IMG/VR virus record: IMGVR_UViG_3300037485_001666
Coordinates: 1 to 50,811 of that record
DNA from: a virus
Taxonomy: Duplodnaviria; Caudoviricetes
DNA: 50,811 nucleotides
Direction: 5' to 3' (one strand)
Position numbers and translations under genes: made by a program. Numbering within the stretch: the first letter of the stretch is position 1; each line of letters opens with the position of its first letter. Positions 28,851 to 37,866 of this stretch are shown here, in pieces. Below the pieces are notes generated by a model that saw only the letters and a program-made list of their open reading frames with translations, was not told where the DNA came from and ran no database searches.

Positions 28851-29490
28851 CTCAATCTGCGCAACCATGATTATGCAGGCGAGACATTCAACTCCCACAC
28901 TAATCTTTATGGATTATGGACAGAAGCATTATGTGGCAGAAAAACGGGCGTCCATTCTAACCTCAAAGCTACTCGACATTCCACCGACCGATCTTCACAA
29001 TGTTGGGTTGACGGCCTTCTTCAATGAGAGCAAGGACTGGCTCCTTTCCGAACAAGCACAACGGGACATGAGAATTGGCAGGCATCATTTCTCATTCGTC
29101 CAGGGCCGGAACGCCGCCATGATTCTGAGGGCCGCCATGTTCGCGTCCGTCCGTGGCATCAACAAAGTCGTGATAGGGGCGAATGAGAATGACGTTATCG
29201 GGGGCTTTCCCGATTGCTCCCTGCCATTCCTGGAAGCAATGCAAGTCGTTTTGTCAACCTCTTTCCGGGATCCGATTCAACTTGTTGCGCCTTGTAGGGG
29301 AATGATGAAGACGCAGACGATCGCCTACATCCTCAAGATTGGTGCTCGCGGTGAACAACTTCTTGAGAATTCATGGTCCTGCTACGAGGGGAAGACCACC
29401 CCGTGCGGCTCCTGCGGCTCTTGTGTCGTCCGGCAGAATGCTATTCAGGCTTCTCGAAGCCCTGCAACACTTTTGAATCAAGATCAATGA
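28789..29490 (+). CDS. queC: 7-cyano-7-deazaguanine (preQ0) synthase
   Basis: LFSGGIDS PP-loop, DYGQ, FVQGRN, FPDC, SWSCY...PCGSCGSC; AGGAG SD. Confidence 0.95.
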   Translation: MTISSNDSQDRCVILFSGGIDSICATMIMQARHSTPTLIFMDYGQKHYVAEKRASILTSKLLDIPPTDLHNVGLTAFFNESKDWLLSEQAQRDMRIGRHHFSFVQGRNAAMILRAAMFASVRGINKVVIGANENDVIGGFPDCSLPFLEAMQVVLSTSFRDPIQLVAPCRGMMKTQTIAYILKIGARGEQLLENSWSCYEGKTTPCGSCGSCVVRQNAIQASRSPATLLNQDQ

Positions 29491-29683
29491 AAATATACGG
29501 GGGAATCGTCAGAACGACGTTGACCCAAAATGAGGTGTACGGCTCGTCCTCGGAAAGCAACTCTCGCATGTGTACTTCGTCCCTCAATTTATTGCCTTGA
29601 TGGTCCTTGTAACAGGCAACGCAATTGTCATCACCATACTGTTGCAACAATTCCCACACTCTCATCTTCATAGGAAACTTCAT
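29441..29683 (-). CDS. Hypothetical protein
   Basis: GAGGG SD before MKFPMK; convergent with queC. Confidence 0.5.
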   Translation of the reverse strand: MKFPMKMRVWELLQQYGDDNCVACYKDHQGNKLRDEVHMRELLSEDEPYTSFWVNVVLTIPPYIFIDLDSKVLQGFEKPE

Positions 29684-29684
29684 T

Positions 29685-29876
29685 TCAACCCTCGTCTCTT
29701 TCTGCACACAACTGTTCTGCGGCTTCGCTCACGGCGTCGTGTGCGCACTCGATACAGGAATCATTGTCTAGGATCCAGATCGCCCGCTTGATAAGAACAC
29801 TCGCGGAACTCTCGGAACGGGAACACTGTCTCGCTAAATGAACAATCTTTCGGATCTTCATTTCTCGTGTTGTCAT
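29685..29876 (-). CDS. Hypothetical protein
   Basis: AAAGGAG SD before MTTREMK. Confidence 0.55.
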   Translation of the reverse strand: MTTREMKIRKIVHLARQCSRSESSASVLIKRAIWILDNDSCIECAHDAVSEAAEQLCAERDEG

Positions 29877-30437
29877 GTGTCGTCTCCTTTCTCGTTTCGT
29901 CGTCACATGAAAACGTTAATGCAAGGACCGTTCCACCTCTAACCACCACTGATCAGTGACACCCCCCTGTGGGAAGTGCACAAGGACTTCCCATCTAGAC
30001 ACTGTTTCGTAACTGGTCTCACGGGGTTACAAGTTCGACACCACCCAATCGCTGAACACTTCCCCCCGTTCCCCCCCCCTCGTTTCCGGGGGAAACCCCC
30101 CGTCATTCCCTACCCTGAAAATCGCCCTGCGCCCCCCGGAAACACCACCGGAACGTTCCCCCGTTACGTTCCCCTGTGCCCCCGGAAGCGCACACATATA
30201 GAAGGGGAAACGCCTGGTGTTCACAGACTCGACACCACCCATTCATCTGACACCAACGACGTGCACCTGGGGCACCAACGGGAAGTGAATCGACGCGAAA
30301 ACGCACCCATTCTTTGAACATATCGCCTTGTCCTGTGCGCACTAATGTTCACTAGTTAGAGTTGTCACGGTTCTTGCATTATCGTTTTTGTCGGGGGAAA
30401 CAAACAAACAACAAAGCCTCGACAAAAGGAGTTTCAA

Positions 30438-30608
30438 ATGGCTAAGAGTGTGTATCGGTTCCGTGTTGCGAAGATCCTGGGCAAGTTCCGCGTTTGTCGT
30501 TTCGGTGAGTGTTTGGGTTGGGTTGATGCAGTTGATCATGAGGAAGCCCTGGAAGTCGTGTGCAAGTTGAATGGAATTCCCGTTCCCCGCGAGTTCGTCG
30601 CAGCGTAA
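30438..30608 (+). CDS. Small hypothetical protein (56 aa, not in ORF track)
   Basis: AAAAGGAG SD, MAKSVYRFRV...REFVAA; stop lies just upstream of the ribozyme. Confidence 0.65.
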   Translation: MAKSVYRFRVAKILGKFRVCRFGECLGWVDAVDHEEALEVVCKLNGIPVPREFVAA

Positions 30609-30612
30609 GCAA

Positions 30613-30680
30613 GCCGAAACCCCCCTCGGGTGGGGTCGCGCTGGAGTGTCCTACAGCGCCTGATGATGGCAGGACAACAC
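30613..30680 (+). ncRNA. Type II hammerhead ribozyme with pseudoknot
   Basis: GCC-GAAA, stem III CCCC/GGGG, GUC cleavage triplet (cut after 30637), stem I GCGCUG/CAGCGC, CUGAUGA-U-GGC closing stem II. Loop I GUCCU pairs with downstream AGGAC. Confidence 0.88.
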
Positions 30681-30697
30681 TGAAAGGAGTGTGATTC

Positions 30698-31180
30698 ATG
30701 ACTAACGCGAAGCGCGTTACGATCAATAAGTTCCAGTTTGTGATGTGGGTTCATACGAACGGGTTGTGGCGGGGTAAGTTGTTCTGTCGTGTGAAGCGCG
30801 AGAACGGCACGAAGTACACCCCCACCTGGAACAAGAAGAGCGAAGGGGCGCTTGGAAAAGCGATTCTGACGTTCGGTGTTCAGAAAGGGATTTGGACCGA
30901 GGAGATGTTGAAAGATACGAAGAATGTGCTGGTTGAGATGATTGAATATCACCCCATCACGCGAGACGGGAACGTCAGCATCATGAGCGAGAATGAGGCG
31001 TACGATATTCTTTCCGTTCGCAAGGACGAGATTCTCGCAGTGGTTGAAACGGGCGAGGAAGGCGACGACGAGTTCGCGGACGAGGAAGAAGCGGAAGGCG
31101 ACGACGAGTTGCCCCCTCCCCCCGCAGCGCCCGCAGGGGAATGGACGAACAAGGCCACCAAGGGCCGGAAGAAGAAGTAG
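30698..31180 (+). CDS. Hypothetical protein with acidic, Pro-rich and basic C-terminal tail
   Basis: AAAGGAG SD directly after the ribozyme; 160 aa. Confidence 0.75.
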   Translation: MTNAKRVTINKFQFVMWVHTNGLWRGKLFCRVKRENGTKYTPTWNKKSEGALGKAILTFGVQKGIWTEEMLKDTKNVLVEMIEYHPITRDGNVSIMSENEAYDILSVRKDEILAVVETGEEGDDEFADEEEAEGDDELPPPPAAPAGEWTNKATKGRKKK

Positions 31181-31312
31181 GGAATGGTTCCCCCCCTTTC
31201 CCTTTCCCTTTCCCCTGAATGTTCCCAAGGCAGGAGTTCCCGTTGGGCCAGGAGGCCCCTGAGGTGTCGCAGGCATGCGGATAATCGAAACGGGTTTAGT
31301 TAGGAGTTATGT

Positions 31313-31537
31313 ATGCTGAACAAGCTGCAAGAGTTGGTATTAGCGCGTGCTAGTTTGATTGACTATACGAGGAACACGAGAGAGGACGTCAAAAGGTGTG
31401 AGGAAAAGGTCGCTATTGTTCACGAAAAGTTGAGAAAAGCTGAAGCTGATTTGCTCGCCAAAGAAGCTGAACTGATGGCTCACGTCGAACAGATGAGCAA
31501 CGAGAAGCATCCAGCGAATGTGGAGGTGACAAAATGA
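31313..31537 (+). CDS. Small coiled-coil protein
   Basis: TAGGAG SD; heptad-like sequence. Confidence 0.65.
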   Translation: MLNKLQELVLARASLIDYTRNTREDVKRCEEKVAIVHEKLRKAEADLLAKEAELMAHVEQMSNEKHPANVEVTK

Positions 31538-31794
31538 TTGGTTGGAACATGACCCCGAGACGGTTGCAGATATGGTTTGGGATCTGGAACTGCATGTCGT
31601 TCCGGGAATTCGCTCAGGTGATCTACGGCAGAACGAGCGACGACGCTTTGCAGAACGCGGAGTATTTGATGGAGAAGTTTGAGAAGTGGAAGCGTTCGCC
31701 TCTCGATTTAGTGTGCTACCTGGACACGCCACGAGTGAAGCGCTTGATGGAATATAGCGAAGAGCAGGAAGAGAAAGAAAAAAGAAGCTTCTGA
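31534..31794 (+). CDS. Hypothetical protein
   Basis: GGAGG SD; ATGA coupling. Confidence 0.6.
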   Translation: MIGWNMTPRRLQIWFGIWNCMSFREFAQVIYGRTSDDALQNAEYLMEKFEKWKRSPLDLVCYLDTPRVKRLMEYSEEQEEKEKRSF

Positions 31795-31835
31795 CGTTCC
31801 CCCCCCTCATTCCCCCCGCCCCTCACACCATCACG

Positions 31836-31860
31836 TTTTCCCCCGATACGTTCCCCTCAT
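31836..31860. repeat. C-rich dispersed repeat, second copy
   Basis: TTTTCCCCCGATACGTTCCCCTCAT, near-identical to 19433-19458; intergenic, upstream of the head genes. Confidence 0.85.
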
Positions 31861-32012
31861 CGGTCCCCTCACGAGCGCGTGACGCTCCCCCTAGGGCGAT
31901 TCCAACGACACCCGATTGACACTCCCTGACGTACTGTTTGACATCACACAACAACTCGCTGATCATTGCCGTAGGACATAGTCCTTCCCAAGCATACAAG
32001 GAGATTCACCCG

Positions 32013-32378
32013 ATGAATGACCCACTCAGGCGCTACGAAATCATCGCGCTTTCTTCCTTTAGCGACGCAGACATAACCAGTGAACCAATTGAGTTGAGCG
32101 AGTTCGACGGCCCAGCACTCATGCAACTTTCATGGACTGGTCTTGCGGGTGACGCTCTCAACACGCCCACATTCACCGTCGAGCAATCTGTCGACAAAGC
32201 GCAGTGGGACACGGTCAGCACAACGACCATGACCTCTGCTATGGCTGCTGCTGGTGGGACTGCAATCACCCTCGACATCCTCCACGCTCAATATTATCGC
32301 CTCAAGGTTCTCGCAGCTGACGTCACCGAGGGCCTGGTCAAAGCCCTTGGCACCTTCAAGGGGAGAACCAGACCGTGA
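32013..32378 (+). CDS. Putative virion structural protein
   Basis: AAGGAG SD; beta-rich; immediately precedes the portal. Confidence 0.55.
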   Translation: MNDPLRRYEIIALSSFSDADITSEPIELSEFDGPALMQLSWTGLAGDALNTPTFTVEQSVDKAQWDTVSTTTMTSAMAAAGGTAITLDILHAQYYRLKVLAADVTEGLVKALGTFKGRTRP

Positions 32379-34666
32379 AATTTCCTTGGTCACTCGGGCC
32401 AAGGGAGAAGTCCCAACGGCCAACCGAAAACCCAGCTCCGGTTGAGGCACAGGCCACAGACGAAAGCGGTCGTCTCATCTCGTTGAAGCACGAAGTCGAA
32501 GACCTCCTTGATGTCATGACACAGCAGGTCAACGGCAACATCGTTTCCAAAGCGTTCGACTGGCAACATTATTCGATGGTGACCGAGGGCGGCATCAACG
32601 GAATGTTCCAGGGCGAGTTCGCGACGACACCAAACCTCCGCACACTCAAGTCACTCTACGTTCGTGAGAACTGGGTCGGCATCGGAGTCGATGCGATCGC
32701 CCGTCAATTCCTTCGCCTGCGCTTCATCCTCGTCAGGCAATTGGACGACTCCCGAGTTGAAATAGTCAAGCGGCATGCGGCTATTGACTTGCTAAACAAG
32801 GTTGACTCAAAGCTTCACAGTGAACTTATGTGTGATCTTATACTCACGGGTCAAGCGTATTTCTGGACTAGACCCGACCTAACAAACCTCATCCTTCTTC
32901 CAGCCGAGCGGATGGAGCCCAAGTTTGGAATCCGCAAAGATGGAAAGTATGGCGTCATTGAATATGAGTTCATCAAGGACATCACGCAGAGCGGCAAGAG
33001 TATTGTCAAGCTCACTGCGGAAGAAGTGACCCACATAAAGATGCCCAACCCATTTTCCAATCTGTTTGGACTGCCGCCCTTGGTCACAGCGGCCATGCCA
33101 ATCCTGATCGACCGCTACGGCAAGGAATACGTCATAAGTTTTTTCCTCCGTGGCGGCACGACAGCAGGTATCTGCGAAACGCAAGCGACCAGCGCCGACC
33201 AAATCACTCGCCTGTTGAAAACAATCCAGACGGCATTTTCGACTCGGCGCAATATGCACTCCGACAAAATCCTGCCGGGTGGCGTGACCTGGAAGACACG
33301 CGGACTGTCCTTCTCGGAGATCATGTTCGACGTGCTCCAGGACAAGAACGCAAAGCAGATTCTGGCGCGGTTGGGTGTTCCCCCCGTGTGCGCCGGCATG
33401 ACCGAGAGTGTGAATTATGCGAACGCCGAGGCCCAATTGGAGGAGTTCCATCGTCAGACGATCCTCCCGATGGCGTCCCTGCTCTGTGGTGGCATCCAGC
33501 GCGGAGCCTTTGGTGCTCAGATGGGCATCCAGGAAGACGGCCTCGAACTCGCAATCGACTTCAGCGACAACCGGTATGTTAACGAGTTTGGAAAGAAGCT
33601 CAACGAGGACGCAAAGCTCGCGCCCATCACCACCGTGAACGAGCGCCGTCAGCGTCTGGGATTCCAGCCTCTGCCGCAGGGAGATTCACGCGGCGACCTT
33701 CTTTCCTCGGAGCTGACCAAACCTGCGCCGTCGGGCCTGGGCCTCTTTGGAATGCCGGAGCCTGTGGTGGCAGAACTGCCGGTGACGACCCCCGAAGAGT
33801 CAAGCCAGGATTCAAAAGGAATCCCGATGTCGGCCCGGGCCTCGCTCAAAGCCTCGCAGGATAATCTAGAAAGGAATCTGCCGAAGAGTTTGTCCGACCT
33901 TTTCTCCCGAGAGTTTGGTGCCTGGGAACAGATTGTGCTCGACAATCCGGGAAACGAATCTGAGTCCACTTCGAAGATTCTCAAGCGTGCGAAGGCGTTC
34001 TCAGAGAAGTACGCGGACACCGTCATCGAGCATGTGATGTTGGCCTATGACGCACAGATGTCTCAGGCCGTTAAGAAATTTAACCTCTCCCGAAAGGCCC
34101 CCGCAGGTCGTGGCACACAGACGGAAGCTGACCGACAGGCCAACCTTGCAGCCGTCCGGGAGCGGTCCAAGAAGTTGCTCCAGGGGAAGATAGCCAACAT
34201 CGAACACGGACGCTTTCAGGGCTACTCCAAGAGCGAAATGACCAGGGTCTACAGCCAAATCCAATCCGACATGGAAGCAGGAAAATCAGGTGATGAAATC
34301 TCGTCAGGAATTCGAACCAAGTTCGGCGAGTTCTACGAAGGACAAGCAACCACGATCGTCCGAACCGAGTACGGCGCATCCATGGCCGAATCCCAGTCCC
34401 AGTTCTCAAAAGACCTCGGTTCGCAATGCACTTCGATCCGCAAGGTGTGGCTCGCCATCGTTGATGACCACACCCGAGATTCGCACGTCGCCGCAGACGG
34501 ACTCGAAATCGAAGGAGAGCCAGACGTGGTTCTCGATAAGAAGTTTTCAGAGGTAGATGGCAATGCACCAGACCTTCGATATCCCAAAGAGGAAGGCGGA
34601 GAGGCCGGAGAGTGCATCAATTGTCGATGCCAAGTCAGCTATGAGCCAGTTGAATGGAAGGACTAA
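32375..34666 (+). CDS. Portal protein (HK97-like) fused to a MuF/gp7-type head morphogenesis domain
   Basis: EEVTHIK.PNP, ARLGVPP, NYANAEAQ, TVNERRQRLGFQPL; C-terminal IVRTE, KVW..DDHTRDSH, LRYP, INCRC. Confidence 0.9.
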   Translation: MKFPWSLGPREKSQRPTENPAPVEAQATDESGRLISLKHEVEDLLDVMTQQVNGNIVSKAFDWQHYSMVTEGGINGMFQGEFATTPNLRTLKSLYVRENWVGIGVDAIARQFLRLRFILVRQLDDSRVEIVKRHAAIDLLNKVDSKLHSELMCDLILTGQAYFWTRPDLTNLILLPAERMEPKFGIRKDGKYGVIEYEFIKDITQSGKSIVKLTAEEVTHIKMPNPFSNLFGLPPLVTAAMPILIDRYGKEYVISFFLRGGTTAGICETQATSADQITRLLKTIQTAFSTRRNMHSDKILPGGVTWKTRGLSFSEIMFDVLQDKNAKQILARLGVPPVCAGMTESVNYANAEAQLEEFHRQTILPMASLLCGGIQRGAFGAQMGIQEDGLELAIDFSDNRYVNEFGKKLNEDAKLAPITTVNERRQRLGFQPLPQGDSRGDLLSSELTKPAPSGLGLFGMPEPVVAELPVTTPEESSQDSKGIPMSARASLKASQDNLERNLPKSLSDLFSREFGAWEQIVLDNPGNESESTSKILKRAKAFSEKYADTVIEHVMLAYDAQMSQAVKKFNLSRKAPAGRGTQTEADRQANLAAVRERSKKLLQGKIANIEHGRFQGYSKSEMTRVYSQIQSDMEAGKSGDEISSGIRTKFGEFYEGQATTIVRTEYGASMAESQSQFSKDLGSQCTSIRKVWLAIVDDHTRDSHVAADGLEIEGEPDVVLDKKFSEVDGNAPDLRYPKEEGGEAGECINCRCQVSYEPVEWKD

Positions 34667-34669
34667 CAA

Positions 34670-35566
34670 ATGAGTCAGATCGCGATTGACGGTACAAAAT
34701 TCCATGAGGTCAGTGACACGCTGAAGGACCGAATCTTCAAGTCACTCAAGGCTCCTCACCTTCTTCCGTTCACCAAGAAAGAGTTTGCAGCCGACAAGCC
34801 ACTTGTCATCGAAGGCTACGGCAACATCGCCAAACCAGATCGTGGCGGGGAAGTGATGCCCAAGGAATGTTGGGACCTCGCCAATTACCTGATGAATCCT
34901 ATTCTGTGCCGCGACCATTGTTGGTCGAAAATCGTTGGCATCGCCGAGGTCGTTGAAGCTCGGGACGAGGGCCTTTTCGTGCGTGGTCCCATCGGAATTC
35001 CGACTGAGTTCGGATTCACCGAAGACCAAATTGAGACACGTTCCCTCGTGGCACAGGGTTTCCTCAGAATGATGTCCGTCGGTTTCATTCCGTGGCAGAT
35101 GCTCTTCGACGAGGAGCAAGACTTGATCATCCATCAAAAGGCTGAGCTTCTCGAAATCTCTCTCGTCTCAATTCCGATGCAGCAAGAATCTAGTTTCAAT
35201 ATCGTCAAGAGCATGTTGCTCCGAAACGATCCGATCATGATTGGAGGAAAAGGCATGGCTACCAAGGGCGAAGGTGAAGGCGCAGGAACGGAAGATCCGA
35301 AAAAGCCTGAGGGCGACAAACCCATCATGGAAGTCGTCACTAAGATGTATGAGGAACTCCAGCAAAACACCAAGCTCTGTAGCGAAATGCACGGCAAGGT
35401 TTGCGGTGGAGACAACTCCAAAGAACTCGAAGCGGCTCAAGAGGAAATCAAAAACCTCACCGCCAAGGTCGAGGAGCTGACAAAGGAATTGGAGGTCGTC
35501 AAGACCGAAAAGACAGAAATCGAAAAGAGCTTGGAAGGTGTCCTCGCTCTCGTCGAGACGAAATAA
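34670..35566 (+). CDS. HK97-type prohead protease with scaffold-like coiled-coil tail
   Basis: IEGY, DRGGE, NPILCRDH, MSVGF, LLEISLVSIP; C-terminal coiled coil. Confidence 0.9.
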   Translation: MSQIAIDGTKFHEVSDTLKDRIFKSLKAPHLLPFTKKEFAADKPLVIEGYGNIAKPDRGGEVMPKECWDLANYLMNPILCRDHCWSKIVGIAEVVEARDEGLFVRGPIGIPTEFGFTEDQIETRSLVAQGFLRMMSVGFIPWQMLFDEEQDLIIHQKAELLEISLVSIPMQQESSFNIVKSMLLRNDPIMIGGKGMATKGEGEGAGTEDPKKPEGDKPIMEVVTKMYEELQQNTKLCSEMHGKVCGGDNSKELEAAQEEIKNLTAKVEELTKELEVVKTEKTEIEKSLEGVLALVETK

Positions 35567-35577
35567 CGGGGGGAGTT

Positions 35578-36954
35578 ATGCCAACGATTCAAGAACGTGC
35601 AGCGACCGCAATCAAGAACCATTCTGATAACAAGGAGAATTCACTCATGCCTGGAAACGCACCTGCTCTTCTCAAGGGAAATGCTCATTTCGTCAAGAGT
35701 CTTCCTTCTCTCATGGGCTACGGCTCCATCGCTGCGATGCTCGGAAACGGCGACGCAGAGCTTGGCTCCAAGGCTCACCTGCGTGGCGAAGGAACCAAGT
35801 CCGCCAACTTTGGCGACAAGGAAATGTACGGCCATATTGACGGCGAACTCCTGGACGCCGGCCTCACCCTCAAGAAGACCATCCACGCTGCCATCCTGAA
35901 AGAGCAGATTGACGCTGGCGTGCAGAAAAGAAACCCTCGTCCTCTCCAGGAGACGGAGTTCTTCAAGGTCTTTTGTGAGCCGCTGGTGAAGGCTTATGAC
36001 TTGACCGACTTCAGCAACTGGGCACCCACGTCCAACTTCCGTTTTTATCTGGACGAGTTTCATGTGCCTCCTGGCTTGGCTGAGATGTTTCCTCAGCAGC
36101 CGATGCAGACCCGAGTCCAAGAAGTTCCCACTGCGACTGGAGAACTCCTGGGTCGCTTGGAAGCTGACAACGCAACCTTCGGTGCTCAGTATGAAAGCCA
36201 ATCCAAGATCACGCTGACCACGAAGGACAACGTCGTCCACACGGACATCACGGAAGACCTCATTGAGGACGCCGTGCCGAGCGCCTTCGACCGCCTGCGC
36301 GAGAAGGTCCTCATTGGTTTGCAGAAGTCGCGTGACCGCGCCATTTTGGACGGTGACACGACCAACCCCCACATGGACAACGACGTGACGGCAGGTTCAA
36401 CGGACTTCCGCACGGCCTGGATGGGGCTCCGCAAAAAGGCATTGGCCAACACCACGAACGGTTCTGTGTCCAACGCCGGCGACCCTCTGAACAAGGCCAT
36501 CCTGGACGCCATGATCACGTTGATGGGAGAGTTCTTTGACGACACCAACGATCTAATCTGGATTCTTTCTGCGAAGCAGAAGAACAAGATCATCACTGGT
36601 GCCCTGCCCGAATTGCTCACCCTCTGGGCATTTGGAAATCAGGCGACTCTCCTCACGGGCAAGTGTCCTCCCATCTATGGCGTTCCTGTCCACGTCGCTC
36701 GCCACATGCGAAACGACCTGCACACCTCCGGTGTCAACACTGTCGGCGGTCCCAACGTTTCCACGGGCGTTCTGCTCGTCAAGAAAAGCCGCTTCATGGT
36801 CGGTACCAAGGCTGGCGCACGGGTCTGGATTTCTCCCTCGTTGCCCACGTCTGACAAGATGCTGTGCACCGGAAAAGAGCGCGTGTCCTTCGGCGGCGTG
36901 ACCCAAAGCGCAACCGAACAGAGCGTCATTTACGGATACAATGTTCTGTCGTGA
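35578..36954 (+). CDS. Major capsid protein (HK97 fold)
   Basis: GGGGAG SD; follows the protease; DITEDLIED, DRAILDGD, IYGVPV motifs. Confidence 0.85.
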   Translation: MPTIQERAATAIKNHSDNKENSLMPGNAPALLKGNAHFVKSLPSLMGYGSIAAMLGNGDAELGSKAHLRGEGTKSANFGDKEMYGHIDGELLDAGLTLKKTIHAAILKEQIDAGVQKRNPRPLQETEFFKVFCEPLVKAYDLTDFSNWAPTSNFRFYLDEFHVPPGLAEMFPQQPMQTRVQEVPTATGELLGRLEADNATFGAQYESQSKITLTTKDNVVHTDITEDLIEDAVPSAFDRLREKVLIGLQKSRDRAILDGDTTNPHMDNDVTAGSTDFRTAWMGLRKKALANTTNGSVSNAGDPLNKAILDAMITLMGEFFDDTNDLIWILSAKQKNKIITGALPELLTLWAFGNQATLLTGKCPPIYGVPVHVARHMRNDLHTSGVNTVGGPNVSTGVLLVKKSRFMVGTKAGARVWISPSLPTSDKMLCTGKERVSFGGVTQSATEQSVIYGYNVLS

Positions 36955-37005
36955 TAGCTGAAAGGCTATCCGGCCCACTGTGTGTTTGACTAGGAGATTC
37001 CGGAA

Positions 37006-37224
37006 ATGAAGTACCAAGTGTCCATGCCAGGAAACAAAAAAACGACGATCATGTACGTCGGCCGCAAAGGCGAAGCCTATGTCGAAATCCGAGACGGTCT
37101 GGAAATCGAACTGACCGACGCGGAGTTTGCCTGTGCTCTCAGTGAGTGCAGTGGTGGGTTTAGTCTCAAGACCGCAGGAGTCGTCAAGGAGCCTGTGAAG
37201 GCCAAGGGAAAGGATGAGAAGTGA
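37006..37224 (+). CDS. Small head-associated hypothetical protein
   Basis: TAGGAG SD; lies between capsid and connector genes. Confidence 0.6.
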   Translation: MKYQVSMPGNKKTTIMYVGRKGEAYVEIRDGLEIELTDAEFACALSECSGGFSLKTAGVVKEPVKAKGKDEK

Positions 37225-37865
37225 CACTGAACCTCGGCACACATTCGCTTGTCACTGAGGACGATGTTGAAGCGTATCTGAGCGTGACTATTTCTTCTCT
37301 GTCAAGCGCGGACGCGAACAAGATGTCGTTCCTGTTGAATATTGCGAGCCAACAGATTTGCTCCTTTGCGGGTCGGCTGTTCGCACTGGCGAGTTATTCC
37401 GAGTGTTTCGATGGTGTCAGCACGGACATGTTCGTGCCTCGTGAGTGGCCGGTCCAATCAATTGTCAGCTTGAAGTTCAGCTCCGACGGTGATTTCATAA
37501 ACTCAACCGATCAAAAGGCTGAGGCTGGAATCTCGGCGGACGGAACTTCCGTTGACCTTCACGATGGTCTGACTACGCCTCGCGGTCGTGCAACGTGCGA
37601 ACTCGTCTACACGGCAGGCTATCCAAGCCTTCCCTACGACCTTCGATACGCGGCTCTCATTCAGTATCAGTATCTGACCAGGAACAGCGGAAGCACAGCG
37701 GGGAGTGCCATGCTGGGCCTCAAGTCAATTTCGAAAATGGGTGAGGGACAAACAAAAGATTCCAACATCGAGACACACGGATTGTGTGGTGAGGCGCTTG
37801 GTATCGTAGAAAAATATCGACGCATGGAAGCCCCCCGAGTGACCATGTTTCAAAGGATGACGTGA
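37221..37865 (+). CDS. Head-tail connector (gp6-like adaptor)
   Basis: LVTEDDVEAYL, WPVQSI, YTAGY..LPYDLRYA. Confidence 0.8.
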   Translation: MTLNLGTHSLVTEDDVEAYLSVTISSLSSADANKMSFLLNIASQQICSFAGRLFALASYSECFDGVSTDMFVPREWPVQSIVSLKFSSDGDFINSTDQKAEAGISADGTSVDLHDGLTTPRGRATCELVYTAGYPSLPYDLRYAALIQYQYLTRNSGSTAGSAMLGLKSISKMGEGQTKDSNIETHGLCGEALGIVEKYRRMEAPRVTMFQRMT

Positions 37866-37866
37866 C

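Noticed and set aside
29910-30430. tRNA genes or confident CDSs in the divergent region
   Set aside because: No cloverleaf found. The ORFs (29976-30317, 30027-30242, 30103-30342) are dominated by the C-run island and lack clear support.
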